Positions 41,944-51,469 of a stretch of 64,000 nt of DNA are shown here, piece after piece; position 1 is the first letter of the stretch, and each line of letters begins with the position of its first letter. The notes under the pieces are model-generated. The model ran no database searches, was not told the DNA's origin, and saw only the letters and a program-made list of their open reading frames with translations. Source of the DNA: Gammaproteobacteria bacterium (GTDB taxonomy: Bacteria > Pseudomonadota > Gammaproteobacteria > UBA4575). The stretch covers positions 544,001 through 608,000 of the forward strand of contig CBDCUI010000009.1 of the NCBI GenBank assembly GCA_965222615.1, read 5' to 3'. A program made the position numbers and the translations under genes.

Positions 41944-42849
41944 TTATATATCTCTGCTTTTGCCATTGGCGATTTCATGTAGATGGAATTTGTACTTACC
42001 TAAATTACCGCCATAATTGCCCGCAGTGATCATTAACGCCCCTTTATCTGCTGCAGCTTGCATGCCACGACGCATTGATTCTTTAATAGCCTCTATGTTT
42101 AAGCCATCGACCACTATTTCGTATACGGCCTCTACATTTTCTGGCACGATCGAATTCTTGGACACTGCGCGTAGCGTAGGGCAGTAGGCATCATTCGTTG
42201 AGGCAATCATGCCTTTATATTTAGAACCCACTTTACTTCCGGACCGTACTAGCCCTTGAGGGAAAGGGAGAAAAACACCTGCTACATCGCGCATGGCATT
42301 TGCTGCGGCCATCGCTGCACGTAATGTAGAGCTCTTGCGCGGTCCAAATATTATTAAATTACCACCACCTACCGCAGGTTGAATCCCAAATTGGTCATCA
42401 ACTAAAAACTCACCTTCCATCACAGGAATTCGCCATGAACGAATACCATCAATCACTTTACTAATTTGATATCCGTCCCCAAAGAAACGTAGCTTGCCAC
42501 CAACAGAAACCGAGTCTTCTGATTCCAACCCATTAAAACAGGCTGTGGTTGGACAAGTCATAACACATTGCCCTATGCGATCGATTAATTGGCCAGCAAT
42601 GGTTTTTGCACTCATGGTGAATAGCAAGACACTGATACCAGGACGTCCATCAGGTGTATCTTCTTCGGGAATTTCACTTTCCACTGCTGCTTCTAATTTG
42701 CAACGGATAACCGATGTTGCAAACCCTGTCATAGATGCTGCTGCTGCACGTGCCCATTGCTTGGTATCTGCAGTAATAATCACACGTGCGCCCCACATTT
42801 CAAAAGCTTCAGCATAAGTATCGACAATTTCTGCTTTTTTAATTTTCAT
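41944..42849 (-). CDS. ftr: Formylmethanofuran--H4MPT N-formyltransferase
   Basis: DTYAEAF, GFATSVI, TPDGRPG, QCVMTCPTTACF, RSGSKVGS, ASTNDAYCPTL, AGNYGG. Confidence 0.96.
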   Translation of the reverse strand: MKIKKAEIVDTYAEAFEMWGARVIITADTKQWARAAAASMTGFATSVIRCKLEAAVESEIPEEDTPDGRPGISVLLFTMSAKTIAGQLIDRIGQCVMTCPTTACFNGLESEDSVSVGGKLRFFGDGYQISKVIDGIRSWRIPVMEGEFLVDDQFGIQPAVGGGNLIIFGPRKSSTLRAAMAAANAMRDVAGVFLPFPQGLVRSGSKVGSKYKGMIASTNDAYCPTLRAVSKNSIVPENVEAVYEIVVDGLNIEAIKESMRRGMQAAADKGALMITAGNYGGNLGKYKFHLHEIANGKSRDI

Positions 42850-42867
42850 ATTACTAGCAAAAATACC

Positions 42868-44514
42868 TTATGCCTTAGGGGCGACAGGAATTATTTCATG
42901 TTTATGTAAGTAGTCATCGCTGATTGCGTAGTTATTAAATTTAACCGAATAATAGTCTTCAAAGAACGGTTCAATTTCTTCAGCAATATCATCATTGTAG
43001 CCAGGCTTGCTATGCAGAAGCTTGCCTTTATGATCGGTAGCAAATTCATGATCTTTAATCACCGTTACACCATCTTTAATAACATAGCGTGGTGCATTAA
43101 ACATCGCTTCTTTATCTTCTTCTTCGGTATACACTGTAATATCGGCATCAGCCCCTACACCAAGCTGACCTTTGTTACTCAGACCCAATGCCCGTGCTGG
43201 ACCTGCACGAGTGATAATAGCGATTTCATTTAACGTGTACTCGCGATCTAATTCTCGCAAACTGGTTTTATCGATCGCTTTTTGATTTACCTTGCTTAAC
43301 GCTTCTTTACGATAGGCACTATCCATTAAAAGTTTTATTAGTTTTGGATAACTCATGAAAGATCCACCATTGGGATGGTCGGTGGACAACAATACTCTCC
43401 ACGGATCTTTAGAATGTAGAAATAACTCCAAACCCATTGCCCATTGCAAAGCATGGGTATATATATGATCTTGATAGGTAAATGGAATAATTCCACAGCC
43501 ACTTTCACATTCTGTATCTGCATTTATCCACTTATTAAATTTCACATTACGCAACATCCATGCTAATGGCGCATCTGCCGTCATGGCAGTCGCTTTTCCA
43601 AACATGACTTGTCCTACGTCAGCAGTGATGTTTTCGTTATCGTTTATATAATCGATTATTGAACGCACACCAGATATGGCATTTTTGTTTAGTTCGCCGC
43701 CAAAACTATGAAACTGAATGTGCGCCATGTGCACGCGTCGACCTTGTGCAGCTTTCATGGTGTCTAGCGTTGTACTGATGTTGCCGCTGTGGCCTAAATT
43801 ATTGCAGTGAATATGTGGTGGATGCGGTAAACCTAATTCATGTGCAGCTTCAATAAAACTTTCTATAACATGGTTTGGCGTAATGTCGTAATAATCAATA
43901 TTATCGTTTACATCGGTTATATTGGCATTCTTGCGACCTTTCCATAGCTCATCACTACCTACATTGACAAGCTTAAGCGTGTAGGCATGCACTGAATCAA
44001 TCCACCATGCGATGGCTTCCTTAAACTCTTTTTTACGCCCTTCTTTTAAAAGCTTGTATAGGAAAGCATTGTTACCCAGCAATACGTAAAAACCTTTATC
44101 AATCACAGGGGTATCATCAAGTTCCTCTAAGCTGTGCCTGGCGGTAATGGGAGGAACCGCTGCTTCCATCGCAGTTGTGTAACCCATCGTGGCATAACGA
44201 TAGCCCGTTGCAAATGTAGAAGGTACCACACCGCCCGTTCCAGAGCGGGTAACTGCAGTTTTGGGGTGCACATCTAAACGGTGGTCTTCCGGTTGCAATT
44301 TACGCGCTAGGTTTACTTTTGCACCAGCTATATGACAATGAATATCCACTGCACCCGGCATAACTACCATGCCATGTGCATCAATTTTCTTAGCTGAGCT
44401 TGAAACGGAATCGACGATCTTGCCATCTCGAACAAAGATGTCTTTTATTTCCCCGTCAATGTTATTTGCAGGGTCGTAAACACGACCATTCACAATTTTT
44501 AGTTCAGATGACAT
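42868..44514 (-). CDS. fwdA: Formylmethanofuran dehydrogenase subunit A (amidohydrolase)
   Basis: DIHCHIAG, GYRYATMGYTT, HIHCNNLG, HIQFHS, QWAMGLE, STDHPNGG, ITRAGPA. Confidence 0.95.
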   Translation of the reverse strand: MSSELKIVNGRVYDPANNIDGEIKDIFVRDGKIVDSVSSSAKKIDAHGMVVMPGAVDIHCHIAGAKVNLARKLQPEDHRLDVHPKTAVTRSGTGGVVPSTFATGYRYATMGYTTAMEAAVPPITARHSLEELDDTPVIDKGFYVLLGNNAFLYKLLKEGRKKEFKEAIAWWIDSVHAYTLKLVNVGSDELWKGRKNANITDVNDNIDYYDITPNHVIESFIEAAHELGLPHPPHIHCNNLGHSGNISTTLDTMKAAQGRRVHMAHIQFHSFGGELNKNAISGVRSIIDYINDNENITADVGQVMFGKATAMTADAPLAWMLRNVKFNKWINADTECESGCGIIPFTYQDHIYTHALQWAMGLELFLHSKDPWRVLLSTDHPNGGSFMSYPKLIKLLMDSAYRKEALSKVNQKAIDKTSLRELDREYTLNEIAIITRAGPARALGLSNKGQLGVGADADITVYTEEEDKEAMFNAPRYVIKDGVTVIKDHEFATDHKGKLLHSKPGYNDDIAEEIEPFFEDYYSVKFNNYAISDDYLHKHEIIPVAPKA

Positions 44515-44664
44515 GTTTTATTTATTTTATTCTAACGAAGGGGTATTTTTTTGATTATTTAAGATACTTACTTTATCTACGTTTTTATAATTTTATTATC
44601 TCAGCAGCATTTGGTGTAATGTGAATGAACTCCTTCCTACTTCACAATAAACACAACAGGATAA

Positions 44665-46068
44665 TTAGGCTGCGATTCTGGCTTTCTTACCTTTCAATAA
44701 CTGCTTAACTCGATCACGAATACCTTCTAAAACTTGTTGGTCAGTTGGATAATGTGATTCAAATGCTGGACGTAGTGTAATTGGCACATCATCCATTCTA
44801 TATACTGTCCCACCAGTGTTAATTCCGTACGTTGCTACAGCAAATCGAACTTTAGCAATACTGCTAGTAACCGTATCTTTTGTATCCAATGAGATGATAG
44901 GAATCTTTTTCATATGCTCGATCGCGGCTTTAGGAAAATTGGAAGCCGGATCGGATGCGATAATCATGGCTGCATCCGTTTCACCACGAGATAACACATC
45001 GGTTGTGGTGAACTCACCTGGATTAAATCTCGGATAACCTCGATTGAAATTAACCCCAAAAGGATATCCTGTTTGCCAAGAGACCACATTGTCGGCACCT
45101 GTTACATTGCCATGACCACGCACGGGCTTGGCTACAAAGTGAGTAAACTCGTTTAAATCTGCTGCCAAAGACAATAAAGCACCTGAATTAAAATGGCGAC
45201 CCCGCGTCATGGTCAAGCCCATACCAAAAAACAACACGCCGTATTGACAATTTTTCATGCGATGAACTAAGTCATTTAACATTTCACGCGATACACCAGT
45301 CTCTTCTTCAATATTGCTTGCAATCTTCTTGCCTTTCACTAATGCGCGCAAAGCCCATAACACCTCGAAATCTTTACCTGGTTTTATTTGCACAAAAATA
45401 TCAGCAACCGGAGTGCTTGGTGTTTTGCGTACATCGACAAGCACTACCGTGCGGTCTTTTTTACCATTTGGTATAAACATACCTTTAGGGGTAACTGCAT
45501 AACGAGTGAAATGTCTTGGATGAGATTCTGCTGGATTGCCTCCCCAATAAATAACCAGATCAGCACGATTTTTAATCTCACCTAAGGTCGCCGTGCTTTC
45601 TCCTACGCCTTGGAATGCCATTCCAGAAGGACCATGACAAACAGAAGTTGTGGTGTCGATATTTCCATTTATCGTATCCATAATGTCGACCGCAACTCGT
45701 TGTGCTTCACATGGTGAATCACTTAAACCATATGTGATGGGAAACTTTGCATTTACCAAAATTTTTGCAGCGGCCTCAATGCCTTCTTCCAAGCTGGCTT
45801 TCTTACCATCAATGAGTACTTCCGGACGGGTATCTAGCGTATGCTCATAAAACCATGCACGCCCTAACACACAGGCTCTTTTTGCTTTGGTTATGCGATG
45901 CTCATCTAGATCGACCGTGAGTTCCATATCATCACAAACACAACCACAAAATGTACACGTAGCATCTTTAACAATTTTGATGTTCTTTTTCTGATCTGGC
46001 TTTTTAGGCCCAGGTTTTTTTTCAGTTGATGTAGTTGTTTCAGTCATAAAAAATATTCCAACTATCAA
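44665..46068 (-). CDS. fwdB: Formylmethanofuran dehydrogenase subunit B (intact Mo/W-bisPGD and 4Fe-4S motifs)
   Basis: CTFCGCVCDD...ACVLG Fe-S ligands, TSVCHGP catalytic Cys-His, TLGEIKNRAD, NPAESHPRH, RGHGNVTG, WQTGYP, GTVYRMD; probable start is the ATG at 46047. Confidence 0.92.
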   Translation of the reverse strand: MIVGIFFMTETTTSTEKKPGPKKPDQKKNIKIVKDATCTFCGCVCDDMELTVDLDEHRITKAKRACVLGRAWFYEHTLDTRPEVLIDGKKASLEEGIEAAAKILVNAKFPITYGLSDSPCEAQRVAVDIMDTINGNIDTTTSVCHGPSGMAFQGVGESTATLGEIKNRADLVIYWGGNPAESHPRHFTRYAVTPKGMFIPNGKKDRTVVLVDVRKTPSTPVADIFVQIKPGKDFEVLWALRALVKGKKIASNIEEETGVSREMLNDLVHRMKNCQYGVLFFGMGLTMTRGRHFNSGALLSLAADLNEFTHFVAKPVRGHGNVTGADNVVSWQTGYPFGVNFNRGYPRFNPGEFTTTDVLSRGETDAAMIIASDPASNFPKAAIEHMKKIPIISLDTKDTVTSSIAKVRFAVATYGINTGGTVYRMDDVPITLRPAFESHYPTDQQVLEGIRDRVKQLLKGKKARIAA

Positions 46069-46079
46069 TAATTACTTAA

Positions 46080-46424
46080 TTACCTAGCCTTAGAGACTAC
46101 GACTTCCATGTGCTTCGACAATGGCATACCAGTACCTGCCGTATCAGAAGCCATTAATTGACTCGACGGTGGGCCGTATGGAATAAATATCACACCTTGC
46201 GGCAAATCCGCATCCTTTTTTGAAATACAACTGACTACTGTCTGCCCAACTTCTGATTTCAAACGTATTTTATCGCCATCCTTAAGTTTAAGACGCCTCA
46301 TATCTTTTTCGTTCAATTCCGCGGTGGAGGTAACTTTTTTGTATTCATCCTTTAGTTTACCTTCATTTAATGACGTACCCTGCGATTGCGAACGCCCCGG
46401 TATCAATATCATGGTCTCCGCCAT
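46080..46424 (-). CDS. fwdD: Formylmethanofuran dehydrogenase subunit D (molybdopterin dinucleotide-binding)
   Basis: GRSQSQG, LN..DM..L....GD.I, G.IFIPYGP, T.GTGMP.SK motifs; first gene of the operon. Confidence 0.88.
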   Translation of the reverse strand: MAETMILIPGRSQSQGTSLNEGKLKDEYKKVTSTAELNEKDMRRLKLKDGDKIRLKSEVGQTVVSCISKKDADLPQGVIFIPYGPPSSQLMASDTAGTGMPLSKHMEVVVSKAR

Positions 46425-46749
46425 CTAGAATTCCTTTACATTACATATAGTAATAGGCTCAACTTAATAAATTCGTTTGCGAGCGAGAGAAAATGGAGAA
46501 GCGGTCAGAATCCATCAGTGATAGAACTGCCAGTATCTACCGAATCCAGCTAACTTAGTCGGTAGTGTGTGCTAACTCTGCAGACTGTGAATACTACCAT
46601 ATTATACGGAATATTCTCTTATCTACCCTTCCAAATTAGATACCTCAACCGGACTTGGTTACTAAAGTGAACAAGAATTAAACAGCATTTGGCTAGCCTC
46701 ACCAGGATGAAATTCGTTACACTCCCATCTAATATTACATTTGAAAATT

Positions 46750-46897
46750 AAGGAAGCTCTGATTTATTAATGAAATGTCTGGGACAAGGCAAAAAATGTT
46801 GAGAAAGTGGAGTGTATATTAGGAATACATGAACATTTTGAGACATTTTTTAACGCCCTAAAAGATTAATTAGGGCAGAATAAATCAGAGTTTCCAT
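46750..46897. mobile_element. Family A miniature element (copy A6)
   Basis: TIRs GGAAGCTCTGATTTATT / AATAAATCAGAGTTTCC; shared core. Confidence 0.82.
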
Positions 46898-46923
46898 AAC
46901 TATTATCTCTGGAGGACCCCATC

Positions 46924-47196
46924 ATGCCTAAGTACATCATTGAACGCGAAATTCCTGGTGCTGGAAATTTGACTACCGCTGAGTTGCAAGGAATCTCACA
47001 AAAATCGTGCAGTATTTTACAAAATATGGGTCCGCAAATTCAGTGGGTAGAAAGCGTAGTAACCGATGACAAAGTTTACTGCACCTATATTGCTCCTAAT
47101 GAAGAAGAGATTCGTAAACATGCCGATGAAGGTGGATTCCCTGCAAACAAGATTGCAGAAATAAAGGGGATGATTGACCCTACTACAGCAGAATAA
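46924..47196 (+). CDS. DUF4242 domain protein
   Basis: MPKYIIEREIPGAG, QWVES.V..DKVYC.Y.AP, H...GGFPAN; GGAGG SD. Confidence 0.88.
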   Translation: MPKYIIEREIPGAGNLTTAELQGISQKSCSILQNMGPQIQWVESVVTDDKVYCTYIAPNEEEIRKHADEGGFPANKIAEIKGMIDPTTAE

Positions 47197-47200
47197 CAAC

Positions 47201-47607
47201 TAAGGAAGCTATGATTTATTCTGCCTTAATTAAATATTAATGGCGTTAAAAAGATAGTTCTTGGCTTAGGATTTTCCACAAATAAAGTAAAGCCACTCAG
47301 TGCTCGTAAGAGATAGCGATATACGGTTTTCGCTCTCTCACCACTACAGTTCTCTTCCTAAACATGTTCTCTTGAGAGCAAGGTACTTTTGTTACGGCAA
47401 TAGCGAGCACATGGATGTGTGAGAGAAAGTTCGCATCAAGGATGATGCGCACAATTAATTACTCGCCTTACTCTGAAAATATCTTGCGCTTCTCAGCGTG
47501 ATGTAAAGCGCATAGAAGATGTGCAGATGGGGAAAAATACCTTTGAATCTTGGCCTGCTTAGGCACGTGTCTTACAGTGCCTGGTTGTTTGAATCTAAAC
47601 TTTTGCA
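47201..47607 (-). mobile_element. Right arm of a family A element (47201-~47255) joined to an internally deleted family B element (copy B2, ~47275-47607), both reversed
   Basis: The reverse complement aligns with 8992-~9415 (e.g. CATCACGCTGAGAAGCGCAAGATATTTTCAGAG and GCCGTAACAAAAGTACCTTGCTCTCAAGAGAAC are identical); 47203-47250 is the reverse complement of the A right arm. Confidence 0.8.
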
Positions 47608-47609
47608 AT

Positions 47610-47900
47610 TTAAGGACTACCGAAGATACAGCCTGACTTCGTTATGACTATAGGAAAATCACCAAGATCTCGCATAACTTGCGCAGTATTATAATTTTCT
47701 AACATTGTTTTTACTTCTTCAGCTTGAAGGCCTTCGATAGACTCATGCATAACACGTAAAACATAAGTTTTAGTGTTTTCCGTTACGTTAAAATTTATGC
47801 TTTCCTGCATTTCATGTTCCCACTGCTCAATGATCGCATTAACAAAATTTGCTGCAAGATAGGCTTGGATAGAACTGACTATATCAATAGCATAAGACAT
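47610..47900 (-). CDS. Hypothetical protein, last gene of the mtoX-associated run
   Basis: 96-aa ORF starting 11 bp after the tlpA stop, same strand. Confidence 0.6.
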   Translation of the reverse strand: MSYAIDIVSSIQAYLAANFVNAIIEQWEHEMQESINFNVTENTKTYVLRVMHESIEGLQAEEVKTMLENYNTAQVMRDLGDFPIVITKSGCIFGSP

Positions 47901-47911
47901 TCAAAACATTT

Positions 47912-48565
47912 TTAGTTTGGAAGCATTCGCTCGAATACCTTTGGAATCTCACAGTTCCATCCTATTGATTCTTTAAGATAGGCAAAAAAAGACTTCTTCT
48001 CTTCTGATTTTATTTGGTCTGTTTGCGTCCCCTCATTGCTAGCCATTCGCTCATAACCAACTAGCAATCCATCTATGAAATTTATCATCTCTGGTGAATC
48101 CCATTCACGCTCACCAACGGCCTTATAAACTATCTTTCCATCAGGATCGATTAAATAGGTAGTTGGCAAACCTCGCACTTCCCAACTCGCTAGGCTCATA
48201 TCCTTATCTAAAAGAATCGTAAACGAGACAGGTACAGACTTTAAGAACTTTTTGACACCAGCCAAACTAGGACCCACGTGGACACCAACTACTTCTAGCC
48301 CACGGTTATTAAGTTGTTTGTAGAGATTATCCATTGCGGGCATCTCTTCTCTACACGGCGCACACCAGGTTGCCCAAAAGTTGAGTAATACGAATCTCCC
48401 TTTGAAATCTTCCAAACTAATTTTTCCACCTTTAACTGAATCGAGATTAAATCCATTTGCGCGAGGCGTACCTGCAACAGGATCCATAGGCTCAACCGCA
48501 GCTGCAATATCCATAACCATTAGCATACATACAGCAAACAAAAAGAAACTCTTTAAATTAAGCAT
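47912..48565 (-). CDS. TlpA/ResA-like thiol:disulfide oxidoreductase
   Basis: NFWATWCAPCREEMP, GLPTTYLIDPDG, GEREWD. Confidence 0.92.
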   Translation of the reverse strand: MLNLKSFFLFAVCMLMVMDIAAAVEPMDPVAGTPRANGFNLDSVKGGKISLEDFKGRFVLLNFWATWCAPCREEMPAMDNLYKQLNNRGLEVVGVHVGPSLAGVKKFLKSVPVSFTILLDKDMSLASWEVRGLPTTYLIDPDGKIVYKAVGEREWDSPEMINFIDGLLVGYERMASNEGTQTDQIKSEEKKSFFAYLKESIGWNCEIPKVFERMLPN

Positions 48566-48649
48566 TGTTGCATTTCCCTCTAGCTGGCAATTTACACTAT
48601 TAATCTATATGGCTTGGATCAAAATTTTAGCAATTAGTTCGTCACTGAT

Positions 48650-49213
48650 TTAGTGATTATACCGAGATACTTTGAGGTCTTTACTATCTAAAAGTGCCCG
48701 TAAAAAATCGATCATAAAAGGCGAGTTCCATACACGTGTACCCACAGCACGATAACGTATATTCCCATCAGGCCCAACAATAAATGATGTAGGTAATACT
48801 GGTATGCCCCATTCACCCAGCTGCAACTCCATATCCACTAATACTGGATAGGTAATTTCATTAAGCTCGACAACAGAATGTACCCCATCGATATTATCAC
48901 CGGCGTGGATAGAAAGAATCATGAATTTATTGCTATCAAGTAATTCATAGGCACTCTGCAATGTAGTCATTTCACTTTTACATACATTGCATGACATCGC
49001 CCAAAAATTCACCAATACAAACTTACCACGAAAGTCATTCAGCTCATGTTGTTCGCCGGCTATATCAAATAACTTAAAGTTCTGTGCTTGTACATTAGGG
49101 GGATACGGATCCATTAAACGTCCTTCATCCGCATTGAGGCCAAATGCAAAAGAATAGAGTATTAGCTGAACAAAAAAATGTACAAGTGTATTTGTATTGA
49201 TTTTATTTAACAT
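48650..49213 (-). CDS. TlpA-like redoxin
   Basis: NFWAMSCNVCKSEM CxxC, LPTSFIV. Confidence 0.88.
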   Translation of the reverse strand: MLNKINTNTLVHFFVQLILYSFAFGLNADEGRLMDPYPPNVQAQNFKLFDIAGEQHELNDFRGKFVLVNFWAMSCNVCKSEMTTLQSAYELLDSNKFMILSIHAGDNIDGVHSVVELNEITYPVLVDMELQLGEWGIPVLPTSFIVGPDGNIRYRAVGTRVWNSPFMIDFLRALLDSKDLKVSRYNH

Positions 49214-49265
49214 CTAGTACTTTAATCTGTTCCCGCGTGTCCGAAAGTTTCTGCTACAGCTAACT

Positions 49266-50618
49266 CTAGTACTCAAGCTTATTGTCATGCGCCCAATTTG
49301 GATCATCCGCACTCAAATCTCCGATTGGTGCAGCAAAGGCATCCGCTACCAAAGTGGCAATATTACCTGCTGTCAAAGAATCTAGAAAAGCAAGTAAATC
49401 ATCCACTTCTTCTTCACTAAGGTCTATTGGCTTAATTAAAGGGCTTAATAATTCATTTTCAATACCGCCCTGCATATAAAACTCAATTACTTCACGCAAA
49501 GTCTGCAAAGAGCCATCATGCATATAAGGTGCGGTTAAAGCGACATTCCTAAGTATAGGGGTACGATACTTCCAACGGTCATTAGGATTTTCTGTAATCT
49601 CATACAAGCCTAGATCATTTTCTTTTGGCTTTGAAACTGCTTGAATCTTGCTCATATCCATATCCGCATATATGCCTGGGGCTAACTGCACCCTTTTCTT
49701 CTTCGGTACAATCCCCATCGAAGTTTGATAGCCCAAACCTGTATTATGCAATTTGTTATCGGTAAATAATGCATAGTCATCTTGGATTAAATGACAAGAA
49801 CTACAAGCACCCTTACCGGTAAATATTTTGAAACCTCTTTTCACTTGCTCACTTACAGCGTTTTCTTCTTTACCAAAATACCATCGATCAAACGGTGAGT
49901 TAGCAGCGTTAAGTACCCGCTGGTAACTTGCTAACGCCATGCCAATTGTCTCCATTGATGCACTGCGTCCATCAAAAGCGGTTTCAAAAAGCCCATCATA
50001 CTCATTTATTGCGTTAACTTTATTAATTACGTAACCAATAGAAGGATTAGCCATTTCATTTCGTGCTAAAAGTGGCGCCCATACTTGTTGTTCTAGTGTT
50101 GATTCACGTCCATCATGGAAAAGCTTTGTTAAATATGCAGTGTTATAAATGGTTGGAGAATTACGTCTAACAGAACGACCCTCTACACCCACTGCGGTTT
50201 GTATTTCGTTATTAGTAAAACCTTGCTCTGGAATATGGCAAATAGCACATGAGAACGTATCATTAATTGACAAACGTCGATCAAAAAATAGCTTTCTACC
50301 TAATGCAACTTTTTCTTTGGTAATTGGGTTATCTACTGGTAAAGGCACAGCAGGCAACCCTAATGGCGGATTAGTAATAAACTCTAGAAGGTTGGCTTCT
50401 TTGCCTGTACGCTTTTGTATATCTAGCGTTCTAGTCTGGTAATCTGGCGAATCATATCCTTCTTTAACATCACCTGGACCATACAAAGCCTTATTTTCCG
50501 ACTGAGAATCTTCGGTTCTACTTTGCAAATCACTTGATAATATCAATACCATTAACACTGAAGTAACTAATACAGTGTTGGAAAAAACTGGTATGAGTTG
50601 TTTAATAATTTGTCTCAC
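49266..50618 (-). CDS. mauG: MauG-like diheme cytochrome c peroxidase (TTQ biogenesis for MtoX)
   Basis: Two heme motifs CAICH and CSSCH, LGRKLFFD, RNSPT, TP.LRNVALTAPYMHDG; position in the mtoX-sco-mauG cluster. Confidence 0.85.
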   Translation of the reverse strand: MRQIIKQLIPVFSNTVLVTSVLMVLILSSDLQSRTEDSQSENKALYGPGDVKEGYDSPDYQTRTLDIQKRTGKEANLLEFITNPPLGLPAVPLPVDNPITKEKVALGRKLFFDRRLSINDTFSCAICHIPEQGFTNNEIQTAVGVEGRSVRRNSPTIYNTAYLTKLFHDGRESTLEQQVWAPLLARNEMANPSIGYVINKVNAINEYDGLFETAFDGRSASMETIGMALASYQRVLNAANSPFDRWYFGKEENAVSEQVKRGFKIFTGKGACSSCHLIQDDYALFTDNKLHNTGLGYQTSMGIVPKKKRVQLAPGIYADMDMSKIQAVSKPKENDLGLYEITENPNDRWKYRTPILRNVALTAPYMHDGSLQTLREVIEFYMQGGIENELLSPLIKPIDLSEEEVDDLLAFLDSLTAGNIATLVADAFAAPIGDLSADDPNWAHDNKLEY

Positions 50619-51358
50619 CCTTCAATATCCGCTTTTAATAAACCTTCTTCCATAAGTAAGGTTTTAATGTCCGTTGTAACCAATTCATCATGCAAAAAAG
50701 ACACACTATATTCTTGTCGAATCGCTTTTGATCGATCAATTAAAAATGCTCGCAAGACGTGCGCCATAGATCCCGTATAGTTACCTTGATCATCGTATTC
50801 CTTTATCACTAACTGCCCATATCGCTTGATGATGGGTTCTAAGGCTTTTTCAGAAGCGGTAGTTAAAAATAACCACTGTGGATCACCTTCGTCAAAACCT
50901 GCAGCATATAGTCTCATCACTTCGGGAGTATCATGCTCAGGATCAAAGCTGATACTTATTAAGCGTATTGTATTAGCAAGTTCTGGGTCATGCTTAAACC
51001 GTTCTTTAACCTTATAGAACACAGCTGTAGCAAGTGGACATCCATTTAGATCGGTACAACTACTGTATATAAAAGTTAGTAATACGATTTTGTCATTAAG
51101 TAAATCACTTAATTCGAGTTCTTCCCCATTAACACCGAGTACTGTGCCTCCACCTGCGGTATTTATCTTTGGTAGTTCATACGAACCTGGCTTAGGCACC
51201 TCATAAGGCAAGGTTGCTACCCAGCCATCTGCGGCAATCATGACTTCAGCCTGCGCAGCACGAGAACCTGGCAAAGGGGTATCCTCGTCGACATTACCTC
51301 CGCATGCCAATACAAGCACCGATAGCAGACAAATCAATATAAAATTTAGAATTTTCAT
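50615..51358 (-). CDS. SCO1/SenC family copper chaperone (lipoprotein)
   Basis: LACGG lipobox, FIYSSCTDLNGCP, SISFDPEHDTP, conserved His in MAHVLR. Confidence 0.88.
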   Translation of the reverse strand: MKILNFILICLLSVLVLACGGNVDEDTPLPGSRAAQAEVMIAADGWVATLPYEVPKPGSYELPKINTAGGGTVLGVNGEELELSDLLNDKIVLLTFIYSSCTDLNGCPLATAVFYKVKERFKHDPELANTIRLISISFDPEHDTPEVMRLYAAGFDEGDPQWLFLTTASEKALEPIIKRYGQLVIKEYDDQGNYTGSMAHVLRAFLIDRSKAIRQEYSVSFLHDELVTTDIKTLLMEEGLLKADIEG

Positions 51359-51374
51359 CTATGAAAACTTTGCA

Positions 51375-51410
51375 GAAACAACAAGGCCGCCTCGAGGGCG
51401 GCCCTGTTTC
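51375..51410 (-). terminator. GC-rich hairpin between mtoX and sco
   Basis: GGCCGCC-loop-GGCGGCC followed by TTGTTGTTTC on the minus strand. Confidence 0.65.
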
Positions 51411-51469
51411 AACAATTTAAAGTCCTAGCTTTAGACTACTACTTACATCACTGTAACAGAGCCTGCACC

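Noticed and set aside
41074-46424. Reading the fwd genes as evidence of methanogenesis or an archaeal contig
   Set aside because: The flanking genes (rapA, srkA, ycbB, bacterial EF-G, TolC) are proteobacterial, and there are no mcr, mtr or hdr genes in the window.
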